Source: Octopus sinensis (Eukaryota). From it: a stretch of 64,000 nt of DNA. A program made the position numbers and the translations under genes. Positions 14,838-29,200 of the stretch are shown in pieces (position 1 is the stretch's first letter; each line of letters opens with the position of its first letter). The stretch spans positions 24,676,001 through 24,740,000 of the forward strand of contig NC_043007.1 of assembly GCF_006345805.1 (NCBI RefSeq), written 5' to 3'. The notes under the pieces were generated by a model. That model was given only the letters and a program-made list of their open reading frames with translations, was not told where the DNA came from and ran no database searches.

Positions 14838-15199
14838 ATTACCCTGGGTTTCCCATCCATAAAGGGTTTAACTTTATGGTGTATCATCAGACCCAAAAGC
14901 CTAAGAGTCCTTAGACCTCTTTAAAATATGCTGAAGAGGTCTTAGGCCAACATGTTTTGAAGTCTGACAATATACCAGTGTGCTAATGATTCTGACATCT
15001 TGCTGAACAATGAGATGGTTGGATAATAGTCATGGTCTCATTTTACCAGACTTAGGAACACAGGCCAGAAATTGTAATGATGGCTGCTTCAGACAGGACC
15101 TTATGGGGCAGGTGCCTGAGGACTCTACCCCATGAACCTCTTAAGAATAATGGGTAGAGTAGATGGATGGATAAATTATTATATCATTCAAACCTGTAT
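14838..15199 (-). repeat. Right arm of a 362-bp inverted duplication (partner 10073-10434)
   Basis: Reverse complement of 10073-10434. Confidence 0.95.
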
Positions 15200-18100
15200 T
15201 GTTTAACCCTTCAGCCTTCAGCTTTCTTAGTGAAATCATCATCATCAGCAGCAACAGCAGTGGAGGCGCAATGGCCCAGTGGTTAGGGCAGTGGACTCAC
15301 GGTTGGAGAATCACGGTTTTGATTCCCAGACCGGGCGTTGTGTGTGTTTATTGAGTGAAAACACCTAAAGCTCCACGAGGCTCCGGCACGGAGTGGTGGT
15401 GACCCCTGTTGTACTCTTTCGCTCCAACTTTCTCTCACTCTTTCTTCCTGTTTCCTGTCCCCGACTTCCTACACAACCGCTGAGCCTGGATGCGCATTCA
15501 TCCATCCGTCGATGCTCTGTGTCGGGGGTTGACCTGCTTTCTCTTCTGCGGGTCTTACGAATAGCATAGGACCACATTTCGGACCACTCAACAGTAGCAG
15601 CAGTGTCATTTAACATCCCCCTTCCATGCTGGCATGGATTGGATGATTTGACAGGGACTGGGCTGGTAGGAGCCCACACCAACCACCTGGCAGAGTGGGC
15701 TGAGTGCTCTTTACATGGCACCAGCACAGGTGAGGTCAATTTTGGCTTGGTTTTTACAGCTGGATGCCCTTCCAAATACCAACTACTTTACAGTGTGGAC
15801 AGGATGCTTTTTGTGTAGCATCAACATTGACAGGGACACCAAATAACTTACAAGACAAAGATCCTTTGAGAGGAGAGGGGGCATTGGAGGAGGAAGATCT
15901 TATGTCAAATGATGAACGGTTCAAGTGTAAAGGAATATAATGCTTATTTATTCGTTGTTTAGAATTAATTTTGCATTGCCTTGTAGCTTCTAGATTTCGA
16001 TGATGTAACTGTATATTTTTAGAATGACATTGTAAGGGAGGTGTGAGGGGTTGGATCTGGTTAGTTTTAGCATAAAATACATAGAATATTGGGGCTGATT
16101 ATGGCTGGTTTAAATCCTAATAAGTTAAACTGTACAGTAATTCCTAAAGAGAAAAGTAAGAATTTTTGAAGACAACATTTATGAAAGCAAATTTTGTGAT
16201 AAATGTATGGGAAAAATTAGTGTTATGTATATGTTCAAGAAATGGAGTTCTTTTGGATCAAATGTGTAGCATGAACAGGGAATGTCGATGAGATGAAAGA
16301 AAAAATGGAAATCAATATACATGGTTTGTAAACAGGTAGAATTAGACAAATGTAAATCAATGCCTCGTTCAACTGAAATATCTTAAGACTATCACAGGCA
16401 CAAATATGGCTTGATGGTAAGAAACTCGCTTCCTAACCACATGGCTCTGGGTTCAGTTCCACTGTGTGGCATCTTGGACAAGTGTCTTCTACTATAGCTT
16501 CAGGCTGGCCAAAGCCTTCTGAGTCGAATTGGCAGATGAAAACTGAAAGAAGCCCTTTGAATATATGCATGTGTGTGTGTGTGTGTGTGTGGTGTGTGTG
16601 TGTGTTTGTGCCTGTGTTTATCCCTCTCCCCCACTGCTTGGCAGCTGGAGTTGGTTTGTTTATGTCCCTGTAACTTAGCAGTTTGGCAAAAAAAGACTAA
16701 CAGAATAAGTATTATACTTGAAGAAGAAGTACAGGGGTCAATTTGATCAACTAAAGACTCTTCAAGGCAGTGCCCCAACATGGCCAAAGTCTGGTGACTG
16801 AAACACGTGAAAGATGAAAGATAAGACTATCTGAAAATGATTCCACTCCTTTGTTGGTCTGAGAGTGACCAAAATGAAAGACTGGACAGATTGATCTGGG
16901 TTGAGGTACCAAAGAAAGGTTGGAAACAAAACAGTTCCTTCTGGCAGCTGCTGCTGAACAAAGACACAGAGAAAAACAGCTTTGACTTCTGCTTATATAA
17001 CTAATAGTAGCTGGTTGTGAGGTACTGAACTCTGATTGGTCCGATATACTGGTTGAAAAAGGCGGCGAGCTGGCAGAAACATTAGCATGCCGGGCAAAAG
17101 GCTTAGCAATATTTTGTCTGTCTTTCATCCTTTTGGGGTCAATAAATTAAGTACCAGTTGAATACTGGGGTCGATGTAATCGACTGGGCCCCTTTCCAAA
17201 AATTTCGAGCCTTGTGCCTAGAATAGAAACAAATATTTTGTTTGTCTTTATGTTCAGAGTTCAAATTCCACTGAGGTCAACTTTGCCTTTCATCTTTCAA
17301 GGTCGATAAATTAAGTACCAGTTGCATACTGGGGTTGATCTAATTGACTGGTCCCCTCCCCAAAAATTTGGGCTTTGTGCCTAGAGTAGGAAAGAATATA
17401 CTAGTTGAAAATGGTGATTGGATTTAACTTCCAATGGTTGCATGAGGGCCACTCAAAGTTCATTCCACAAATGATCATGGAAAGAAAATGTATAAAGATG
17501 ATGACAATGATAATGATGATGATGATGATGATGGTGATGGTGATGATTTCAAGCATATTTTTGTGTAGAAACCATTATTTTCATGTTGATAGTATCCTTG
17601 AATAATTTCTCTGAAAATAATTTATTCCATAGACTGTTATTTTTCATACTTATTCTTGTACGTTCACTCAGTCGAGTAATTCAATGACAGCACTCCCCAA
17701 ATATTCATAGCCTTGTACCAATGATAGATATTAGATGGTGTTTCTAAGTAATTTCTCTCAGTAATTTATCCTATAAAATATGCTAATTATCTACATCTCA
17801 TCACGTACAGTATTGTACAACTGCTGAGTAATTCTCCCATCTCTACTTTGGCTAGTACAGTGAAATGCATGTTTAGCAGAGATGGTCTAATGTGACTGAA
17901 ATATCATCGTTGTCGTCATCATTGTCGTCGTAATCATCGTCGCCATCATCATCATTTAACATCCACTTTCGATGCTGGCATGGGTTGGATGGCTTGACTG
18001 GAACAGGTAAACTGGAATGCTGTACCATGTTCCAATCTGATTTGGTATGGGGTTTTTATGGCTGGATGCCTTTCCCAATGCCAACCACTCCAAGAGCATA

Positions 18101-19343
18101 ACAGGTGCTTTTCACATGCCACTGGCACGGGGCACCATTTATGATACCGGTAACGGCCACGACTACAATTTCACAGGTGCCATTTACATGACACTGGCAA
18201 TGGTCATAACAACAGTTTCACTTGACTTGATGAGTCTTCTCAATCACAGCATATCACCAAGGTCTCGGTCACTTGTTATTGCCTCAGTGAAGCTCAATAC
18301 TTGGAGCTCATACTTCATCATCTTTTCCCTCACCACCATAAGGCCCAACGTTCAAAGATCATTTTGAAGATTATTTCAAAATATGTCCAGAATAAAGAAA
18401 TTACTGAAGACGTGGAGATTTAGTGTCCTGTTAATGCTGTTTGGATTAGATGTACATGAATATTTGACTCTATTAGAGTTGTTTGATAACCCAAGAGCCA
18501 AAAGGAATTTAGGCTCAATGCCAAAAGGAAAATTATCACAGAATCTGATTTGCGCAAATATAAACATGTCTATATTCATTACTTCTAAAAATGCCAAACA
18601 GCAAAACACCGACTTCTCCGTTTCGATGTTTGTGATGACAATCTAACCCCCAAAGAATATGAAATAAATTATAAATCAACAGCATTTAATGTAAATGGCA
18701 TTAGATGTTATTACAAACATCGACGAACATTCATAGTGCTGAGTTCAGGTGCTCCTGCGGGACCTGTTCTACTATGACAGAAGTAGTAAGAATCTGGACC
18801 TTTTACTCTCTGATTTATCTTCATTAGATCAGAACGCATTTCAAAAAACAAACGAAGGATCGTAACGAGTTGAAAGTGGAGTAAAAAGCAGTTTAATGGA
18901 ATGAGGTGGAGAGAGGGAGAGAGAGGGAGAGAGTGCGAAGAAAGCGTTTGACTCTAAGAACAATTGCTCTTCCCACCATCATCTGATAGTTTATCCACAG
19001 CACCTACCCGCACAACAATAGGAAAACAGCAAGAAAAAGAAAGAAAATTATAAACGGCAACAACCAAAAAGAAAAAAAAAGAAAAGAAAAAGAAAAAGAA
19101 AAGATATACAAAGCAAAAGATGAAAAATGTTAGAATTTATAGATTTCCAATAAAACAGTATTCAAACTGTTTTGCTAGGAAGCATGGCTTGAAAGTTGCT
19201 TCTCTTAATGGAGAAATAACTATCAATGATAATAAAACATAGCTGGTCTCCTGTAATTACAAAGCTGTAGATTTAAAGACTAGAATCTCTGTTGATGGGA
19301 GTTACAGTATGATAATATGGTGCTTTATATGAAGAACTATGAA

Positions 19344-19357
19344 GTCTCCATGGAAAC
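19344..19357. promoter_or_regulatory. Candidate RFX X-box GTCTCCATGGAAAC
   Basis: Fits GTHNYY-AT-RRNAAC consensus; lies in non-repeat intronic DNA of a motile-cilia gene. Confidence 0.4.
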
Positions 19358-20421
19358 GGTATTTATGCTGCTCACAGTTCTAACAACGCACGCTGCTACG
19401 TGGGATGGTTATCCAGACAATGGCACCCACCGTTTGTTCTTCTACAATCTTCTTAGTATGCGAGCATTATTATCCACACGCAAACTAGACATGCACTGTT
19501 TGACTATGTGAACAGAGACTTAGAAAAATATTCTTAGAAATTATCCTTAAAAAAAAACCCATCTAAGGAAAGATATTCTGGACATTGTAGCTGTAGGTAA
19601 AAGAAAAAAAGACAAACAAACAAAAAGAAAACAAAAAATAAGAAAGGAAGCCCCGAGATGCTCAAGGCTAGAACACTCTTGATTACGGATTTGTTTTTTA
19701 ATCAGGTTTGACTTGGGGCCTAAAAAATAATATCCTTCAACAGGGAACACGATAAGCTGGTCATCTTCAATAGAACCAACGCACAGTGACTGCATATCAT
19801 CATCATTGTCATCATCATGACCACCACCACCACTAACACAATCGTCATTACTACCATCACCATCACCTTCACCACAACCATACCACCAGCATCACCACCA
19901 CTAAAATCATCACCATCTGCCTTCTCTACATTCTTCTCCACTATTTCATCACCACCACCACCACCACCACCATCATCATTTTTGCATCTATTTTTCATGC
20001 AGGCATGGTTGGATGGTTCATCAAGGTCTGAATTCTTATTTGGAGTTAATGCCATCCAAGAGATAGGTCAAAGAACCAATCCTAACTCGCATATTTTGGT
20101 TTTCCTTTTGTTTTTTTACAGTCAGACACCTTTCCTTTCACCAACTGTTTTACAAAGTGCACTTGGTGCATTTTATCATGGCGCCAGCACTAAAGGGCTT
20201 GTCATGCCTTTAACAAGACTAAAGGATTCTCTCAACCCAATGTTATCTGAACTCATTCACCAAACACTTTACAGAGCCAACAGTGTTCCTTTTATAATAC
20301 CAATGAAGTGTACCAGGTGCATTTTACTGTAGCTATAGTGGGAAATATCCTAACACTACACCATCAATACACAAATAACATACAGCTAAAGCTCTTATGG
20401 TTAGCTGACATCATTCTTTAA

Positions 20422-20631
20422 CCCTTTCAATACCAACCCAGCTGTCTTTGTAGTACAAATGTCTTGTTTTCATAAGTTTTGAATTAAAATCTTCCACTAA
20501 GCCTTAGTCACAAGTTATGTTCCTAACACTAGCTTAATGATAACTAAGTAATTTTACAAAATTCTTTGTTATATTTAAAATTAATTGAAAGAAACACAGA
20601 GCATCTCAAAATAGATACGGCAATGAAAGGG
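20422..20631. mobile_element. piggyBac-type MITE
   Basis: Termini ccctttc...gaaaggg with TTAA on both sides; second, inverted copy at 36018-36240. Confidence 0.8.
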
Positions 20632-21194
20632 TTAAGGAGCATAGGGCTGGTTTCCCAGTTTTCTGTGGCATATATATCCCACCATGAACAAGGTGCTGGT
20701 CTGTCATGGGATTACTCATTTTTGCCAGCTGAGTGAACTGGAACAACATGCAATGAAGAGTTTTGCTCAAGAACACAATGCATCGCCCAGTTCAGGAATT
20801 GAAACCACAATCTTACAATCATAAGTCCAATGCCTCAACCACTAAGCCATGCAAAGTCATACTAATGGACATCAGTTTATCACAGTAGTGAATATCAATG
20901 GAGTGAACATCAATTTGTTACACCAGGGGAAATCAATCTGCCATAGTAACAGACAACAATAGAGTCATTGAAGGAGTTTAGAATGACAAACTCTGCACCA
21001 AGGAAATTTACAAGAAACTTCTTACATGGTTGTAAAATTAGTTGAACCATTCAAGTTACACCTTAACTTAATTTTCTGACCCATGTATCAGCCCTTTCTA
21101 TGTATCAGCCCTACAATGTTTCATACTTAGCCCACTTCTGTTCTTCCTTTTCACTGATAATCCTGGCAATTTCTGTAAAAACAAGCTCTACCAT

Positions 21195-21608
21195 AGGCGC
21201 AGGAGTGGCTGTTTGGTAAGTAGCTTGCTAACCAACCACATGGTTCCGGGTTCAGTCCCACTGCGTGGCATCTTGGGCAAGTGTCTTCTGCTATAGCCCC
21301 AGGCCGACCAATGCCTTGTGAGTGGATTTGGTAGACGGAAACTGAAAGAAGCCTGTCGTATATATGTATATATATATAAGTGTGTGTGAATATGTTTGTG
21401 TGTCTGTGTTTGTTCCCCTAGCATTGCTTGACAACCGATGCTGGTGTGTTTACGTCCCTGTCACTTAGCGGTTCGGCAAAAGAGACCGATAGAATAAGTA
21501 CTGGGCTTACAAAGAATAAGTCCCGGGGTCGATTTGCTCGACTAAAGGCGGTGCTCCAGCATGGCCGCAGTCAAATGACTGAAACAAGTAAAAAGAGTAA
21601 AAAGAGTA
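21195..21608 (+). mobile_element. SINE family A, full-length CpG-rich (young-looking) copy
   Basis: ggcgcaggagtggctg head through gaaacaagtaaaaagagtaa tail. Confidence 0.85.
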
Positions 21609-22020
21609 CCTGTAGGCTAAAGAACTGATGCTGTTTTCACTAATAATACTGGTAGATCAAAGTGACTTTACAGAAGCCAGTTTAAACTAAGAACTTATGA
21701 GGATGATGATAACCAAGATGGATAAATGGAAGATGACATTTCTCTCAAGCAATGGTTTTACTATCAAGGAAAAGAATATTAAACCTTGAGCAGCATTTTA
21801 ATAGTTATGAATTCTCTCTGTGTGTGTGTGTGTGTGCTTCATCAAAGTAGAGAAGATCTTACATTTCAGATCTAAATGATATATATATATATATATATTT
21901 ATAAATTTAAGTCACAATATATGGCTTTAACTAATCCGGTGGTAATCATAAATCTAAGTCACAAAAAAACTCCTTAATGTATCATCCTACAAAACATATA
22001 GAATATATAGAATGATGATA

Positions 22021-22340
22021 CATCATCATCATTGTTTAATGTCCGCTTTCCATGCTGGCATGGGTTGGACGGTTCAACTGGGGTCTGGGAAGCCAGAAGG
22101 CTGCGCCAGGCCCAGTCTGATCTGGCAGTGTTTCTATGGCTAGATGCCCTTCCTAACGCCAACCACTCCGTGAGTGTGGTGGGTGCTTTTTACGTGCCAC
22201 CTGCACAGGTGCCAGACAAGTCTGGCAAACGGCCACAATCAGATGGTGCATTTTACATGCCGCCGGCACAGAGGCCAGTCAGGGCGGCGCTGGCAATGGC
22301 CACGTTCAGATGGTTCTCTTACGTGCCATCGGCACTGGTA
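22021..22340 (-). mobile_element. SINE family C (V-domain-like ggcgttaggaagggcatc, (GAT)n tail, internal tandem units)
   Basis: Related copies at 37861, 38558, 39907, 42189, 43674, 46329, 48716, 57604 and 59145. Confidence 0.75.
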
Positions 22341-22949
22341 TCACATGCATACCTATATATATATAGTTATGGTGTATTCTGTTAAGAACGTAGCAGAGTA
22401 CAGTATAAAGCTCATCCACCTTCAGATTTTACCCTGTGCTATCTAGTAGTAGTATTACATATACTTCCAGGTTTGCTGTTAGCTTCTATCGTGTGTGAAG
22501 AGATAATTGAAAAAAATTGGAGCCAACAAGGAGGAGTACAGTTGGACATTTATTTTCAATCACTACAATTGTTTCTATGCAATGTAGTTCTCCAGGCGTG
22601 CAGGTACTTGATTATGCAGCCGTTTCCCTGCATTATGAGATCTAGCTGTGTTTCCTCAGGCGATATTTAAATATTGTCTCCATAAGTTAAAATTCTCAGC
22701 TTCAAGAAAATCCTTTCTGTCTGTCAAGGCCTGAAGTTAGTAGAAGGGCCGTTGGTAAACTGGTTTGAATGTGTAAATATAGTGGGATGGTGATTCTGCT
22801 ACTGTTAAAGTGGTTGCCATTTTAAAGGGATTGGCATTTGATTTCTTCGTCATTGTTGGTTACACATGTGATTGTCCTTAGCTGACCTTTAAGAATCAGC
22901 CACACATATACATCCATATATATACTATACACATACATATATGAATAAG

Positions 22950-23150
22950 CTAAGATCCTGGGGGTAATCATGGACAGGAAGCTCACATGGACAGAGCATG
23001 CTGTTTCCATATGTAACAAAATTGCATCACAGAGGACTGGAACTGCTACAAGAAATCATGAACAAGTTAGATACAGAAGGAAGAAAACATTGTCTACTAA
23101 GCACAGGACCGATGTATACATAAGGCCACCTGACCTCAATGCATGAGAGA
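22950..23150 (+). mobile_element. Old CR1/L2-like LINE reverse-transcriptase remnant
   Basis: Translates KILGVIMDRKLTWTEHAVSICNK, resembling the LGV.xD.KLTW..H motif. Confidence 0.55.
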
Positions 23151-26100
23151 GTTCTCATGATTATCATAATTAATGAAGTAGAGGCTAGCAATAATTTCAC
23201 CATTAATAACGAATAACACAATAGAGAGAGGTTGTTATAATGTCAGTACTCAATAAGAAAATATAAACTACAGCATATTTGGAAATCACTGCTATTATGC
23301 ACCTGCAGAATGAAAGAGGGCGCTGCAAATGGACTTGTGCTGCCACACAGGTATCAATATATGCCTTCTTGAAGGCGCTAAGCTGATAAAAACGTTACCA
23401 CACCAGAAAAAGTGCTTAGTGGCATGTCTTCTGACTTAATATTCCAAGTTCAAGTGTCGCCAGGTCGACTGCCTTTCATCTTTTCGGGGTTGATAAAATA
23501 AGTACCAGCTGAGCACTGGGGTCAATGTAATCAACTTGCACCCTACCCACACACACAATTGCTGGCCATGTGCCAGAATTTGAAACCAATATATGCTCTC
23601 TTGATGCCCAATGTAAAAGCATATATATTAGACAATAATAGATCTCTGCACTAAAACCAAGGGTAGCTACAATCAGAATTATTTTTGTGGGTTGAATACA
23701 AGTTTTCAAAAGTCAAGTGCATACTTGCAGTGCAGTAAACCTTTGGTTTATTTAGAGAATCCCCCATCCATTAATCTTTTATGTTATGCTTAAAGGGTCC
23801 CTTGAATTATACAAAGGAATCATGTACACCATTGTATAATATAATTTTGTATGTTCACTCGTGGGAGTAACAAAAGAAACAAACTTTAAAATAATGGTGA
23901 GACTGTATTCCTTCATAAAGTGGTACAGTAGATCAAGCAAGAAACATGACAAGCTCTGGTTGTGGTGGTTTCAGCTTGGGTTGTCATTGGTTATATGTGC
24001 TCTGTTGTATTAATTCTTCTCTGGTGAAAAATGGCAGGAAACCAGCATAACTTGCCTTGATGAAAACCTGTCACCCCTCTGCTCATAGATAGTTTATTGC
24101 ACCAAGTTATGGAGAAAGTAGGTTCCAGAGCATATACCAATTAGTTGTTTGAGAATGTATTATGTGCAATGTGATTGGACCTTTGAGCCAAATCCTGTGC
24201 AATACTCAACCAATCACAACACAGGACTCAACCCATGTTTAAATCTTACATGAAAGGTAAATCAACCAATCATTACAGATTAACACATTGCACCTATATA
24301 AGCCTGATATCTTTAATATAATATAATAGAAATTGGTCTCACTACAAATCCATTCACCTTCTCCACTCACTATTCTTGGGAAGGTCACTGGTGTAGAATT
24401 CTTAGGCACTTCCACTATAAACTCCTAGCAGGAGCAGCCATCATTACACTTTCCAGCTGGGTTCCAAACATGACCAACTAAGACAATGTCTATTATGCAA
24501 CCATCTCATCCTCAGTCTACTTGGAGGTTTCCTGTCAGTAAACTCAGCTTGAAGGACCCATTTTTCAATTTTTCCCTGAGATATTCTAAGAACATGTCTG
24601 TAGTACCACCTGTGATCTCTCAATATAGGAAAGTAACAGCTCAACCAGGAGAGATTCCCCGATCTCAAAGCTATGCATCCTGTCAAGTAACTTTACTTTA
24701 GAAGAACCCCATTTCAGCTGCTAGTTGTCCAGAGGGGATACTGCCCATGACAACATATATTTTTTTAAACAAATTAACCACCATGGCCTGTAATTGGAAC
24801 TTACTGCTGATGCCATGTATTTCAAGCAGTCAAACTGCATACTGTTTAATTACAAGGAAATGTAATTTTTTTTGGCATTTTCACAATATTTCATAATTAA
24901 ACTTTAATAGTTAGCACTCATGCTATTTAAATATCCTCAAAACCATGTCAAAGATACAGAATAAAATATTTTCTCAAATAATGAAAATGTCCCACTAGCG
25001 GTGCATATAGTGAAAGTACTTGGCCTAGTGGTTAGGATATTTGGCTCATTATCGTAATGATCATGAGTTCAATTCCTGGCGGTACATTATGTCCTTGAGC
25101 AAAACACTTTCTTTCACATTGTTCCAGTCCACTCAGCTGGCAAAAATGAGAAGTACCTGTATTTCAAAGGGCCAGCCTTGTAACACTCTGTGGCATGCTG
25201 AATCTCCCTGAGAACTACCTTAAGCGTACAAGAACTACCCTGAGAACTACCTTAAGTGTACAAGAACTACCCTGAGAACTACCTTAAGCGTACAAGTGTC
25301 TGTGGAATACTCAGCCACATGCACGTTAATTTCATGAGCAAGTTGTTTCACTGATCAAATCACATGGAGCCTTTGTTGTCATAACTGACAGAGTGCCAGG
25401 TGCATATGGCAGTTGTTTGATGTTTACAATGAACCACTGGTGGTAGAGGTGATGGTTAACGAGTTGAAAGACTTAACTTACCCTTCAAGATCAGGAAATA
25501 CTTGTCTCAATAAGTTGCTAATTCTCTAAAAAACCTCAAGGGTAACTCATAACCATATTTTTTTTTTTTTTCTTTACTACCTACAAGGGGCTAAACACAG
25601 AGGGGACAGACAAACGGATTAAGTCGATTACCTCGACCCCAGTGCGTAACTGGTACTTAATTTATCGACCCCGAAAGGATGAAAGGCAAAGTCGACCTCG
25701 GCGGAATTTGAACTCAGAACGTAACAGCAGACGAAATACCGCTCAGCATTTCGCTCGGCGTGCTAACGTTTCTGCCAGCTCGGCGCCTTCTCATAACCAT
25801 AATCATATTGCTAACATATATAGAGGAGTGAAGATACAGCTCCCCAGCTTGCCAGCTCTGGTCAAACCGTCCAACCCATGCCAGCATGGACAATGGACAT
25901 TAAATGATGATCACGATGATGATACATACGTGTTTGTGTGTGTATGTGTGTGTGTGTGCACATGTACTTGCATCTGTGTGTGAGTGCATGTGTGTGCATG
26001 TGCTTGTGTATATATGAATGTATGTGTTTGTATGAGTGTGTGTGCATGTGTGTATTCTCATATATATATGTGTGTGTGTGCATGAGTATGTATATGTGTG

Positions 26101-26759
26101 TGCATGTATGCTTGTGCATGTGTGCGAGTGCATGTATGTTTGTGCCAGTGTGTGTATGCTTGCGTATGCCTGTGTGCTTGTGTGTGAGTGTCTGTATATA
26201 TGCTTGTGCGTGTGTTGGGGTCTACAGGGTGGGAGTGGGGGATCCTGAGTGTTTCTATGTGTGTCGGCGAAGGATGAGAGTCTACGAGATGTGTTTACAA
26301 TGTGGCGGCAGGGCAGGAGGAAGGAGCAGTGGATGACATTGGCAGGAAGGGGTTACCACATTATAAATTTGAAAGACACACACACAAAACAAAACATTAA
26401 AAACCAAACACAAAGCCAAAACTAAAAATAATTCCACAAAGAATTGGTAAAAATCTTATACATAGACAGAGTTGTTGTCAAGTGGCACCAACAATAAAGA
26501 ATATGATATGGGCATAAGCACGGCTGTCTTGGCTAAAACGGATATTAAAATCAGATATTCAAAAGTAAATTAGAAAAGAAAAGAAAAGAAAACAAAAATG
26601 TTACCCAAAATTTCATATTGACAAGATTTTGTCTCAAATTGAAGATGCTTTTAATATAACGCATATGCAAATTGGCAAAATCGTCCCAGAAAGATATATT
26701 TCTGCAGAGAAATACAAGACAGTTGCTGTATTTCTCAAGATATTACAGACAGCAAGGAA

Positions 26760-27380
26760 TGGTAAAAGAAAGATAGAGATAGAGAGGGGGGAGGGAAAGA
26801 GCAAGTGTAAGAGGGAAGGGAGGAGAAGGAAGAGAGTGAGAGGTAGAGGGGAAGGAAGAAGGGACAGAGAGAAAGAGAAGGGGAATGAGAGGGAGAGGTG
26901 GAGGGAAAAAGCAAGAGTAGGTGAGAGGGAAGGGGAAAGAAGGAAGAGAGTGAGAGGGAGAGGTAGAGGGGAAGGAGGAAGGGAAAGAGTGAGAGAGAAA
27001 GAGAGGGAGAGAAAAAGCAAGAGTAGGCAGGAGGAAAGGAGAAAGAAGGAAGGCGAGAGAGGGAGGGGTAGAGGGGAAGGAGGAAGGGAGAGAGTGAGAG
27101 AGAAAGAGAGGAGGAATGAGAGGGAGAGGTGGAGGGAAAGAGCAAGAGTAGGCAGGAGGGAAGGAGAAAGAAGAGAGAGAGAGAGAGGTGAAAGGAAAGA
27201 GAGAGCGGGAGGGAAGACATGAGTGAGAGAGAGAGGGGAATGAGGAGAGGTGGAGGTAAAGAGCAAAAGTAGGAGTGAGAGAGAAAGGAGGGGAGGGAAG
27301 AAGGAAGGAAGAGAATGAAAGAGAGAGAGAGGTGGAGGGAAGCAGAAGGAAGAGAAACAGACAGACAGAGAGAGAATGGT
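26760..27380. repeat. GA-rich polypurine tract with ~110-130 bp recurring blocks
   Basis: agcaagagtagg and gtagaggggaagga blocks recur 3-4 times. Confidence 0.9.
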
Positions 27381-27555
27381 TATTGAAAGATGGAATATGA
27401 AGAAGCAATAAGTTCCTGTTTGTAAAATTACTTGCATTAATCATACAGAAATTAAATATCTCTAAGATTCTGCAAACAACATTATTATTACTACTGCTAC
27501 CAGAGTTGTTCTTTTTGTTATTGTTGATGTTAGCATTATTATTATTGTTGTTATG

Positions 27556-27598
<43 letters not shown>

Positions 27599-27928
27599 TA
27601 TTATTATTATTATTATTAGTACTAATATTGGTGTTATTACTGTAATCATTATTATTATTCTGCCGAGGTCAAATTTGTCTTTCATCCTTTCGGGGGTCAA
27701 TTAAATAAGTACCAGTTACGCACTGGGGTCGATGTAATCGACTTAATCCCTTCCCCCAAATTTGAGGCCTTGTGCTTCCAGTTCAAATTCCGCCGAGGTC
27801 GACTTTGCCTTTCATCCTTTCAGGGTTGACAAATTAAGTACCAGTTGCACACTGGTGATCAATCTAATCGACTGCTCCCCCAACTCCCCCAAAATTTCAG
27901 ACCTTGTGCCTAGAGTAGAAAAGATTAA

Positions 27929-27967
<39 letters not shown>

Positions 27968-28078
27968 TATTATCATCATCGTTATTATTATTATTTAAAT
28001 CATTTTATTCCATGTAATTCCCCACATTTTATGTCCATCTTTGTATCGTCCTCTACATCCGTTGCTCAGGTGTAAAAA

Positions 28079-28120
<42 letters not shown>

Positions 28121-28359
28121 GTTATTATTATTATTATTATTATTATTGTTATTATTATCATCGTCATCATCATCAATGCCATCATCGACATCATCATCAT
28201 CAGCATAAAAAATATATAAGGTGGATGGATTTGTAAATAAAGATTATGTCTGCGGCTGTTTCAGGTTTCTTTCAATTTCTACTTAACACACACTTGCTAA
28301 ATATTAAATGAGACAATAATATATAAACAAATGTAGAAATGTCCAATATGAAATAGTGA

Positions 28360-29200
28360 CTTGTGAGAGAGAGGGGAGAGTATGAGAAAGAGAGAGAAAG
28401 AAAGGGAAAGTGTGAGAAAGGGAGTATGTGTGAGAGAGAGAGAATAAGAGGGTATGAGAAAGGGTGTGAGAGTGATAGAGAATGAGATGAAAAAATGAGA
28501 AGGAATAGAGAGAGGGGGAAGAGAGAGAAGAAGGGTATGAGAAGGAGAAACAGAGAGAGAAAGAGGTGAGACAAACAGAGCCAGAAAGAGAGTGTGAGAG
28601 AGAGGGAGAAAGTGAGAGAGAAAGGGAGAAAGTAAGAGTGAGAGGGAGAAAGTGAGAGAGAAAGGGAGAAAGTGAGAGAGAAAGGGAGAAAGTGAGAGAG
28701 AGAGGGAGAAAGTGAGAGAGAGAGAGAAAGTGAGGGAGAGAGGAGAAAGTGAGAGAGAGAGGAGAAAGTGAGAGAGAAGGAGAAAGTAAGAGTGAGAGGG
28801 AGAAAGTGAGAGAGAAAGGGAGAAGTGAGAGAGAGAGAAAGTGAGAGAGAAGGAGAAAGTGAGAGAGAGAGGGAGAAAGTGAGAGAGAGAGAAAGTGAGG
28901 GAGAGAGGGAGAAAGTGAGAGAGAGAAGGAGAAAGTGAGAGAGAAAGGGAGAAAGTGAGAGAGAGGGACGGAGAAAGTGAGAGAGAAAGGGAGAAAGTGA
29001 GAGAGAGAGGCAGAAAGTGAGAGAGAGAGAGAGAGGGAGAAAGTGAGAGAGAGAGAGAATAAGAAAGAGCCATAGGGGGTGCTACAGAGAGACAGAAAGA
29101 GATAGAAAGAGATAGTAAGAGCGAGAGAGAGAGAGAGAATAAAAGAATGAGTGAAAAAGAGAGAAAGAAAGAGTAAGAAAGAGAGAAAGAGAGAAAAAGT
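28360..29200. repeat. Polypurine minisatellite, ~20-bp unit gggagaaagtgagagaga
   Basis: Direct inspection, about 20 units. Confidence 0.9.

Noticed and set aside
18383-18646. 87-aa ORF in unique sequence
   Set aside because: No recognisable motif or splice context; length within chance expectation
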